Assembly (NCBI GenBank): GCA_015180985.1
Contig: CP054185.1
Coordinates: 2,105,225 to 2,169,224, forward strand
From: Flammeovirgaceae bacterium
GTDB taxonomy: Bacteria > Bacteroidota > Bacteroidia > Cytophagales > Cyclobacteriaceae
Length of the DNA: 64,000 nucleotides
Reading direction: 5' to 3'
Shown piece after piece: positions 40,476 through 52,400 of this stretch; within the stretch, counting starts at the first letter, position 1; every line of letters starts with the position of its first letter. The notes below the pieces were generated by a model. It had not been told where the DNA came from and did no database searches. It was given only the letters and a program-made list of their open reading frames with translations. Position numbers and translations under genes: made by a program.

Positions 40476-43400
40476 ATGGTGCATAGATCTTTCCGATTTC
40501 TTGTCATTGCAATTCTACTGTTAGGTTTTACTTCTGCCTTTGCGACTGTTCCTGTGGCGAGCAATGTAAGACTAACTGGTGGAATGAAAAGCGGGTTAAC
40601 ATTAACTGTTTCGTATGATTATTTTGATGCCGATGGTCATGCGCAGTCGGGTTCTACAATAACGTGGATTCGATATGATGACAATTGTGGTAATAATCCT
40701 TCAATTATATCATCAGGTGCTTCGTTGACATTAAACATTAGCGGGGGGTTAATCAATGCACATATTGCAGTAAGGGTTACGCCTCGTGACGCTAATGGTG
40801 AGGTTGGATTGCCAGTAGAATACAGACCCTGGTCTTGTGCTCCACCAGCTCCGGGTCAGGATATAGGACCCAACCCAGTTTTGTCAGGCGCTGTTTTTAA
40901 TTGCAGTAAAGCTGATGGTATTGGGGTGCCGATTCCAGGTAATATTATACTTAATCCTTCTTCGTTATGTTCACCACGAAGTCTGGATTGGCAGGTAGAG
41001 TATACTGGCATAAATTATAATTCTACAAATCCTCCTAGAATAATAATTGACTGGGCTGATGGTTTGGTTGAGACGCTGAATCCTACTTTGGTTAATACCT
41101 TCGAGACAAATCTTGCCAAACAATTGTGGCGAGTAACACGTAACCATGTGTATAATTACCCGACAACGGGAGGAACCAGTAATGCGTCAGCCACGGCTGG
41201 GGAACGTTGCACATATACGATGCAAGCAACCTGGGGTGTGGGAGCTACAAGTTGTTTGGCCAGTGGTGTTCAAACTCAAAAGTTTACAGTTTGGGATAGA
41301 GAAAATAATGTACAATTAGGAACTCACGACATCAACCACGATCCTACAAGTACTGGTGTCGAGGTTGGAGAGAATGTAAATGTTTGTCAAGGTGATACGA
41401 ATCCGATACGGTTAGTTGATGCTACTGATTTTAACTGTACACCTCCTCTTGAGAACCCACAGCCTAACAATCAGGCACGATGGGTTCAGTTTGTTTATGG
41501 TACTGCCTCTACAATCACTGGAAATGTAATTATCAATGGAGTTTCATATACACCTGCGCAGTTGCCGGTTTGGGGACGAGTAATTTATCAGGCTGCCCCG
41601 ACTCTTGCCCCGATACATATAACAGATAATATCCAGATGCCAGCATCAGCTGTTGCCGGACAGGTATTCACTGTTACTATGCGAACGTGGAACATCTGTA
41701 ATAATTTCGACCGGAATACTTTTGATGGTAATGGATTGAACCCTCCTCAAGCGGTACCTGATAATGTGTTTAACTTCAGGGGTTCAGCAAGTTATCAATC
41801 TCAGGCCCCCACTATTCCTGATGTTAATAACTATTTTGCTAATGCCGCTCCGGTTACCCGAAATTACACCATTACCATTATCACAAAACCCAATCCACCA
41901 ACGGTACCCAATGTTGATGTTTGTGAAGGGCAGAGCCGAACGATAAGCGTAAATCCGGTTATTGGAGGTTTAACCTACCGGTGGTACCGCAGTTTAGCTG
42001 ATGCGCTCAGTAACACCAATGTTATCGTAACAGCAAATTCATTTACTCCGGCTTTGGGTGGCGGTGCTACTCAAATTAACCCGGGCCAACGAAAACATTT
42101 CTGGGTAACAGCCACTGCGGCTAATGGCTGTATTAGCGATCCAACCGAAGTAACAATTACCCTTAGACCCAACCTAAGCCAGCCACCCGTCATTACCGGA
42201 CCTACAAATCTATGTCCATCATCAACCTATGTATACACATTACCTGCTCCTCCAGGGAATGTCACGATAACTGATGCTATTACCGGAAATTTTCAATTAG
42301 CAACAGAATTTTTGTGGACGGTACCTGTTGCGGTTGGTACAATTTCCTCCGGACAAGGAACCCAATCACTAACTATCAATAGTGCAGCGGCAGTGGGATC
42401 AGGCAGTATATCCGTTGTACAGCAATATGTTTCGCCCCCAGTTACCACTGTTAATGGTTCGCAATGCCCAAGTACAGCCCGAACGCTGGCGGTGAATGTC
42501 CGTGCACGGCCCACCGTCAACATCACCCCTGATCCCGCAAATGTCTGCGAAGGCAGTACAATAACATTAAATGGTAACCCGACAACCAGTTTTGGCTCAA
42601 TATCCGGCCATACATGGGGAGGCTCAACGGGAATTCTTGACAACTCAACCATTCAAACGCCAACAGTACAGGCTTCAACCGCTCCCGGCTCATATGGTTT
42701 AACCTATGTTGCCACAGCGGATTTTGGTGGTGGAGTATTTTGTTCTTCATTGGTTGATAACTCAACGGTAAATGTTTCAGCCAACCCTACTCCGGCTGCT
42801 GCAGGACCCGATCAGTTCCTGTGTATTTCTTCGCCTTTGAATGCCACCCTTGCGGGAAGCAATCCCGCACCCGGTACCGGCACATGGACACGTGTGAGCG
42901 GACCCGGAGGAGCCCCTACGTTTACACCAAATGCCAATACACCAAATGCTGTTGTCACGGTTTTTGCTAATGGTATCCATACGTTCAGGTGGACGGTAGT
43001 TAACGGATCTTGTTCATCATTTGATGATGTTGTGATTGACTTCGGTACCACCCCTCCTGTATCCAATGCCGGTTCTGACCAGGATGAGTGCGGCCTTTCG
43101 GCAACTTTAAACGGTAACGATCCGACTTTTGCTACTGGCACATGGACGCAGACTGCCGGGCCGGGCACTTCTTCGTTTGCTCCTAACGCCAATACCCGCA
43201 ATGCCGTTGTTACAGTTACTTTGCCAGGTACTTATACCTTCCGCTGGCGATTGACTTCCGGTACATGCCCGCCTTCGGATGACTTTGTTGATATTATATT
43301 CCGCGACCCGCCAACGGTCTCTGGCCCGGCTGATTTTACTCATTGCTTAAATAACCCGCCAACCGCTCCCTTCTTCGTTAATCTATCCGGTACATTTGGC

Positions 43401-46400
43401 GGAGGGGCCTCGCAGGCGCGCTGGGAGGTGGTTTCCGGTACGGGTGTATTCTCCTCAAGTGGTAGCGCTACGGGTGTTTTTGACAACACAAGTCCGGCTA
43501 CCGATACGTACCAACCTTCGGCCGGTGATTTTACCGCTGGCTCTGTTACGTTACGCCTCACCACCAATGATCCGGTAGGTGCCTGTCTCGCAGTTAATGA
43601 TCCCGTAGTTATTACATTTGATCGCCTGCCTTCTCCGGCCGCTGCGGGTCCTGATCAGCAAACCTGCGATCCGACTACCAACCTGGCGGCAACCGCAGCC
43701 AATAATGGCGGTACCGGAACCTGGAGCATAGGCAGTGCGCTCTATTATCAAACGTTTACTTATCCGAATGGTACGGGGTTATCTGGCCCTAACCCCCATG
43801 CTACGGTATTTAACCATCCGGATGGGTGGAGTATAACAGCCCCAACTGCCAATACGCTGCTGGCTGCCGATGATTACCTGCGGGTGCAGAGCAATGTGAT
43901 GGAGGCCCAGGATGTGAATGCCGAACTGGTATGGCGTTCACCCATTATCAATATCACCGCGCAGCCTAATGTTACCATCTCCATTCAAATGGCTGAACTG
44001 GGTACCATGGAGCCTACAGATTATATCCGCGCCTTCTACCGGATTAACGGTGGTGCCGAAATACTTTTAGGCGAAATTGTTGACGACAGCGGGGTGGATG
44101 GTGCTTTTAATACGTTTACCGTAACCGGACTGACTGGAACAACACTCGAAATCGTTGTTCGTGTTTTAAATGATGCCGGAGCAGAATTTCATCGCTTTGA
44201 TAATATTTTTGTATCCGGCTCAGGCGTTACCCCTCCGTTGATAGCCGACATCAATAGTCCCACTTCGGCTGTTTCTAACCTGCCGGTTGGCAATACCACG
44301 TTTACCTGGACGGTAACCAGCGCCTTAGGCGTTTGCAGTTCGTCAAATGACCAGGTAGTAGTAACCCGTCATGCAACTCCGGTAAACAACAATCAAACAC
44401 CGGCTTTATGCGAAGATGCCCCAACCCTTGGAACGGCTACCGTTACACTGGCTTTCCTGACCAGTTTGAATGATGCCATTACCGGTATACCCGGTTCGGT
44501 TGGTCGTACAGTTCAGTTTTTTACTGATCCGGCCCGTACGATACCATACCCGGTATCAGCATCGCTTGCTAACCTCGATGTTGTTTATACCCGGGTTACA
44601 CGAACCGATGTATCACCCGGCTGTATAACTGACGGAACAGTTACCTTCACTGTGCGGTCGCGCCCTGCTGCCATCAATCAAACACCTGAGTTTTGCGAAG
44701 ACCTGCCGGTTGGCAGCAATACCCGCGCAGGTATTAACCTCACTACCTTTGATAACGCGGTTAAAAACGGAGTGGCGGCCAACACGGTGGCCTGGTTTGC
44801 AGATGCAGGAACAACCATTCCGGTTCCGGATCCGACTAATGTCACCGCTAATGACGGTACTTCTTTCTTTGCCCGTGTAACGGATACGTTTGGTTGTACG
44901 AATGTGGCTGAGGTTGAGATTACAATTAATCCTCGCCCTGGCCCCAACCCGATTATTGGCGCCAGCAACGTGTGCGTTGACCCTACTGCCATCAACCTGT
45001 ATCAGATTACAACAATAAATGCCGGGGCTACCTACTCCTGGAGTATCCCTGATCCTCCGTTTGACCTCTTTGCCGGTGCGGGCGTGAATGATTTCTTTGC
45101 TTTGCTGGCGTTTCCGGTTATTGTTAACCCGGGACAGGATATTTCAGTTACAGAAACTTCAAACAAGGGATGTGTTGGTCTTCCTAACATAAAGAATATC
45201 ACGGTAGAAAGCAGCCCGCCACCGATTGTAATTACCGGTCCTACTGCCGTTTGCGAAAATGAGGCTGGTGTCGTTTACAGTGTTCCAAATCTGGCCAATA
45301 CAACGTACGCGTGGACGGTGCCTCCGGGTTCATCCATCATCAGCGGACAAGGCACCAGCACGATTACTGTAAATTTTGGTATCGTTGCCGGATTAGTTGA
45401 AGTGGTGCCGACCACAACCACCGGCTGTGCCGGAAATCCGGCAAGTCTGGGTGTAGCCATTAACCCGCGCCCGAGCCTCAACCCACTTTCCAATACAGTA
45501 TGTAGCGATACGCAGGCTGGAATCACGTTAGCAGGCCCCGGTGCCGTAACCTTTAATATCACCAACGTAAGTGTGCCACCGGGCTTATCGCCAGCTTCTC
45601 GACCGCTGGTTAATAATGCACCAAGCAGTGAAATATTTGGCGACATCTGGACAAACACCACAGGTGGAAATCTTACCGTTCAATACACTGTAGCTCCGGT
45701 CAGTCTGGCCGGGTGTGTGGGCACCGCTCAGATCGTAAACCTTACGGTACGTCCTGAGCCGGTACTTGCTCCAAACCTTAATGATGTAATATGTAGTGGT
45801 ACCGAATCGGTTTCCATTATTTTGGCTGTTGCACCCGGCAGTTCAACCGCTGATCAGTTTGAGATTACTTCAATCAATACAAACGGGTTAACTGCTGTTG
45901 CAGGCAACCCGACAACGGGCATTTTTACTGCTTCGGTTTTATTGGATGACCGTTGGGAAAACCTGACGGGCGCTCCGGTGGTGGTGGAATATTTTGTACG
46001 ACCGATTAACTCGGTAACGGGTTGTATAGGCGATCCGCCAATTCCTGTTATCGTTACGGTTAACCCTGAGCCAGTGGTAAATTCACCTACCAGCGAAACG
46101 ATTTGTAGTGGCACATCGCCAACGATAACACTTACTTCTACCATCGGTGGAAGTTCATTCACGTGGACTGTAAAGAGTATTTCAGGACTGATAACCGGGG
46201 CTTCAAACGGAACCGGAGCAACCATTACCAACATCCTTGTTAATAATGGTGTAGTACCGGGTACGGTTACTTATGAAGTTAAAGCAACCACACCTGCTGC
46301 CCTTGGTTCATGCGAAAGCGATCCGGTTGATGTAGTGATCACCATCGATCCGGCTCCTACAGGCAACAACATCAATCAAACCGTATGTTCCGATACACCA

Positions 46401-49400
46401 GGCGGCAATACCTTCTTTATTGATCTAACCACATTGCAACCGTCAATAAATTCCGGAGGAGGAATAACCTTCAGCTGGTTTGAGGATCTTGCACTGACAA
46501 CACCCATTGCCACACCCAGTGCCTATACGCTTACCAATGGCGTACCGGTATTTGCCGAGGTGGATAACGGACAATGTACCAAGGTGGCGCAGGTTCTGTT
46601 TGTAATTAACCCAACTCCTTCGGTTACGACCAGCATCACTTCGAATTTCAATGGCTTCAATGTTTCCTGTACCGGTGCCAGCGATGGGCAGATAACAGCT
46701 GTTCCGGCTAACGGTGTTGGGCCTTATCAGTTCAGCATTGATGGTGGTGCAACGTTTTTTGCCAGCCCGATTTTCAACGGATTATCGGCTGCCGGAAGCC
46801 CGTATGTAGTACGCGTACGCGATGCCAACATGTGTATCAACAACTCGGCTCCACTAACCCTTACGGATCCTCCGGCATTATCCGGAGTTGCGGCAATCAC
46901 TTCGAATTTTAATGGTCAGCATGTATCGTGTAATGCCGCTTCCGATGGCGTAGTAACTATTACACCTGCCGGTGGGGCAGGAGGCTATACCTTTAAGTTG
47001 CTGGAACTGCCCAGCAATACATCGGGCGATGCCAGTGGTGTTTACACCGGCTTACGTGCAGGCACATACACATTTGTTATAAAAGATGTAAATAACTGCC
47101 AGTTTACTACAGCTACAGTTACCATTAACGAACCGGCACCAGTAACGGCAACAGCAACCCTCACTGCTCCGGTTAGTTGTTTTGGTAACAGTGACGGACA
47201 AATCAGTGTAGTGGGTGGTGGAGGCACATTGGTTGGCCCGACTTATACCTTTACACTTAATCAGGCTCCGTTTACCTCCAACGGAACAGGTGTTTTCACT
47301 GGTCTTGCGGCAGGTAATTATACAGTAACGGTTCAGGATGACAATGGCTGTACACGGGTTTCAAACACAGTAACCGTTACACAGCCACCGGTACTGACCG
47401 CATTCGCTTCGGTAACCAGCAACTATAACGGAGCCAAGATTAGCTGTGCCGGAGCTAACGATGCACAGGTTACAGCTATTGCTAACGGTGGTAACGGGGG
47501 ATATACGTTTACCCTGGTGCAGGATCCAGGCAACTTGACTGGAACAGTAGATGGTTCTTTTGAAAACCTAGGTCCCGGCAACTACTCTGTTTTTGTGCAG
47601 GATGCCGGAGGTTGTACAGTTACATCAGCGCTGGTAAATGTTACCGAACCTGCACCGGTTATAGCTTCGGGATTGATTACGGGCACCATTTCGTGTAATG
47701 GCGCAAGCGATGGACAGATTACAATCAGTGGAACAGGCGGAACCGGAGCCTATACGTTCGAACAGATTAACCCGGCTGGTCCAACCAACGGCAGTGGCAT
47801 CTTTAGCGGCCTGGCCGATGGAACTTATGATTTCGAAGTGCGCGATTTGAATTTGTGTTCCGATCTTGTTCAGATAACCATTAATCAACCGGCTGCCGTT
47901 ACTGCAAGTGCTTCAGTAACCAGCAACTACAATGGTTCGCAGGTAAGTTGCAATGGTGCAAGCGATGGTATTGTTACCGTTACCGCAAGCGGTGGCACCG
48001 GATTATTGCAGTATGTTTTTGATCAGTTTGTATTCACTAATACAACCGGTCAGTTTTCGGGCGTGTTTACCGGTGTTCCTGCCGGCACAGGCTATACGTT
48101 TACCGTCCGCGACTCCAAAAACTGTACGGTAGTTACCCTTCCTATTGACGTTACGCAACCTACGCCAGTTTCCGGAAGTGGTTCGGTAACGAGCAACTAC
48201 AATGGCCAGCACATTACCTGCGTGGGTGCGAGTGACGGAATTATAACCGTAACACCGGCTGGTGGCACAGGGGCCTACACGTTCAGGCTTGATCAGAATC
48301 CGGCTAATACTTCCGGTGATGCTACAGGAGTTTATACCGGTGTAGGTGCTGGTGTTTACACAATAACTATACGCGATGCCAACAATTGCTTTGTGGTGAC
48401 AGCGCCTATTACCGTTTCCCCTCCACCTGCCTTAACGGCTACGATGGCAGTAACCAGCAATTATAATGGCCGTCAGATCAGTTGCAATGGCGCAAGTGAT
48501 GGTATTCTTACAGTTACAGCAGGCGGTGGCGTACCGGCTTACAGTTACCTGCTTGTTGAAATTCCTGGTAATGTAACAGGTGCGGCCTCGGGTATCTTTA
48601 CCGGTGTTCCGGCCGGAACCTATACGGTACAGGTTACCGACCTTAATGCTTGTGTGCGGGTTACCTCTCCTGTTACGGTTACCGAACCGGCTGTGCTTAA
48701 CGCCAGTTCGGCCGTAACCAGCAATTATAACGGGCAACAGATAAGCTGCTTTGGTGCCAGCGATGGTACCATTCGTGTAACACAAACCGGTGGTACTCCG
48801 GGATATACGTATTCGTTTGTTGAAATACCGGGTAATACAACCGGAGCAGTCAGTGGAATTTTTACCGGTGTTCCGCAAGGCACCTACACCTTTATTGTAC
48901 GCGATGTAAACCTGTGTCAGGTCACAACGGCACCAATTACAATTAACCAGCCATCGGCTGTAACAGCAAGTTCAGCCGTTACCAGTAACTATAATGGTTC
49001 ACAGATAAGCTGTAACGGAGTAAGCGATGGTGTAATTACGGTTACCGGAGGTGGAGGTACAGGTGTACTCCAATATGTATTCGATCAGTTTCCGGCTAAT
49101 ACAACCGGTCAGTTCTCCGGCATTTTCATTGGTGTTCCGGCAGGTGCGGGCTACACCTTTACTGTTCGCGATGTAAACAACTGCCAGGTTGTAAGTGCCC
49201 CGATTTCAGTTACTGAACCCACGGTTGTCAGCGGCAGTGGTGCTGTAACCAGCAATTACAATGGGGAGGATATTCGATGCGTAGGCTCAACCGATGGTGA
49301 AATAACCGTTACACCGGCCGGTGGAACTGGTGCGTATACCTTTAAACTAGACCAGGCGCCCACCAACACATCGGGTGACCTTACCGGTATATATACAGGC

Positions 49401-52400
49401 GTTGGTGCCGGAACATACACGGTAACCATCCGCGATGCGAACAGTTGTTTTGTAGTAACTGCACCGATTGTGGTAAGTCCTCCTGCTGCGTTAACAGCCA
49501 CCATGGCGGTTACCAGCAATTACAACGGGGCACAGATAACCTGTAACGGGGCCAGCGATGGCATCCTTACGGTAACCGCGGGTGGCGGTGTGCCCGCCTA
49601 TTCGTATATACTATCTCCTCCAATCAATACCACTGGTGATGTAAGCGGCATCTATACCGGCATACCTGCCGGAAGTTATACGGTGCTGGTAACTGATCTG
49701 AATGGTTGCCAGCGTACAACCTCGGCAACGATTGTAACACAACCGGCTGTACTTGTGCCATCATCAACCATAACCAGCAACTACAACGGCCAGCATGTAA
49801 GTTGTTTTGGTGCGAGCGATGGCATTATTCAGGTTACTCAAACCGGTGGAACGGCCACTTATTCCTATCAGTTTATTGAAATACCGGGTAACGTAACCGG
49901 TGCTGCATCTGGTATATTCACCGGCATTCCGGCAGGTACGTATACCTTCCGTATTACCGACATTAATAACTGTACGGCTGTTACAGTTCCTATCACAGTT
50001 AACGAGCCTCCTGCTTTAACAGCCAGCGCATCAATTACGAGCAATTATAACGGACAGGATATTAGCTGCAATGGTGCGGGCGATGGTATTGTGACGGTTA
50101 CATCTGCCGGAGGAACGGGGTCGGCTATTTATGTGTTTGACCAGTTTCCGGTGGCAAACCAAACCGGCCGCTTCTCAGGTGTATTTACCAGTGTTGTTGC
50201 TGGGCCGAATTATACCTTTACAGCAACGGATGTGAATGGATGTTCGGTAGTTACTGCGCCAATTACCGTAACCGAACCGGCCGCGCTTACCGGAGTTGGC
50301 AATGCAACCAGTAACTTTAATGGGTTTAATATCAGTTGCTTTAACCAGACTGACGGACAGCTTACCATAACCTTTGGAGGTGGAACAGCTCCACTCAACT
50401 TTACATTGCTGGAAAATCCGGGCAACACAACCGGTCAGCTTACAGGTGTTTTTGACAACCTGCGTGCAGGCACATACCGGGTACGGATACAGGATGTTAA
50501 CGGATGCTTATTGACAACTGCACCGGTGGCTATTACGCAGCCTGCTGATCTCAATATTTCCATTGCCATTACCTCCAATTACAACAGCTTTAATGTGAGT
50601 TGCTTTGGTGCCAGCGATGGTGAGATTTCAGTTACCTCATCGGGTGGCGGGGCAGGCGGTTATACCTTTGAGTTGTTCAAAGGTGGGGTGCCTACGGGAA
50701 ATGTAACTGGCCAACTTTCCGGAATATTCACCGGACTAAACTCCGGTCTTTATGATATTAACATTACGGATGTCAATACCTGTGTGAAGAAATCGTTGCC
50801 AGTGGTTATTGTCGATCCGTTGCCATTGTTTGAAGGTATTCTTGGGTTCGACCAGGGCATTTGTTTAGGCCAGGATGATCCGAATCCGTTTGTAGAGTTG
50901 GCTCCGGCATTTGGAAGCATCGGTAACTATGTTTATCAGTGGCAGGAGTCAACCGATGGTATCAGTTTTACCGATGTATTGGGTGCTACCAGTGCAACGT
51001 TTGACCCGCCTTCCTCGTTGCTTGTTAAAACCTACTACAAACGGGTTATTACTTCGGGTTGCGAAACCCTTGAATCGAATGTTGTTTCAGTAACCGTTAA
51101 CAGCATTCCAACGGCAACCCTTTCGCCATCTCATTCTCCGGTTTGTGAGGGAGAGTTCTTTATCCTGAATTTCACCTTCTCCAACGGAACAGCTCCTTAT
51201 TTCTTTGACTATAACAACGGGACTACGTTTGTAAATGATCGCATCGGTGCAGACGTGACTCCGGTGCCTGTTTTGAATTACATGAACACCACTACGTTTA
51301 CGTTAACCGAGCTGCGCGACTTTAATGGCTGTTTTGCCACTACGTTGCCGATTGCCGTAACCGTGCCGGTAAGCAAAATCAATCCGAACTTTACAGTGTT
51401 AAGTCCTCCGGCCCAGTGCAGTGGAAATGACTTCACGTTCCAGTGGACGGTTGATCCGGATATTGAGTACACCTGGATATGGAGCGATGGCCAGCAGGAT
51501 GTGATAGCCCCGAATTCTTTACCGAACGGAACCAATACCATTACGCATAACTTTGTCAGCTTCAACACGTCAACCAACACCAACTTCCCGGTCATCCTCT
51601 CGGCTGTGAACAACGTGGATGGGTGCGGACCGAAGCAGACCAGCCAAACCATAACCATTTTCCCGAACATATTAATCAACATGTTCCCGAATAAAACCGA
51701 GATGTGCAGCGGGGATCAGGTAAATATTGTTAATCCTACATTGGGAGGTAACTCACATAGCTGGCAGGTTATTCGTCAATCCGATAATGTGGTTGTGGAG
51801 AACAGGGGTCCTTTTGTGGCAGCAGCCAATCAGACCTTTACCATCACCAACCAAACAACGTCAAATCCGAATATTTACAATATCGTGTATACGGTATCAA
51901 ACGGAAGTTGTACTGCTCAACAGACTATCCCGGTTACCGTTTATCGCGAGATTGTTGCCGGTTTCGATGAAGGCGTAGTGCCTCCGTTTATTGGTGGTAA
52001 TGCAACGGTTACATATACCAATACTTCCTCGCCAATTGACATAACCAACTTCAGTTATGATTGGGAATTTGGTTTATCAGCTACCCCGTTAACGCAGTCG
52101 GGCATAGGGCCGTTTACGGTAGATTATTCTTCACCCGGCTTAAAGACCGTGCGGTTAACTGCCGTAAACACCGTGGCACAATCCAATGGAGTAACATGCT
52201 CAAGCATCTATGAAGAAGATATTAATATTCTTCTTCCTCCTTTAGTGGCAGGGTTTACTTTTGAGCCGGCTAATGCATGCTTCCCTACACAAATCCGGAT
52301 TTTAACCAATACCTCTACAGGTGATCAGTTTCAATGGCGCGTAGTTGATCAGGGAGGACGTACAGTGGGTACATCCACTATTCCATTGCCGGTGTTTGAT

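Noticed and set aside
40367-40564. 65-aa minus-strand ORF overlapping the start of the giant gene
   Set aside because: It overlaps the signal-peptide region and promoter of the 12.7-kb gene and has no motif support.
46635-50816. Regular tandem repeats that might suggest a CRISPR array or satellite
   Set aside because: The period is about 261 bp, the array is in frame, and the units diverge at synonymous sites. There is no short conserved direct repeat with spacers. It is a protein-domain array.
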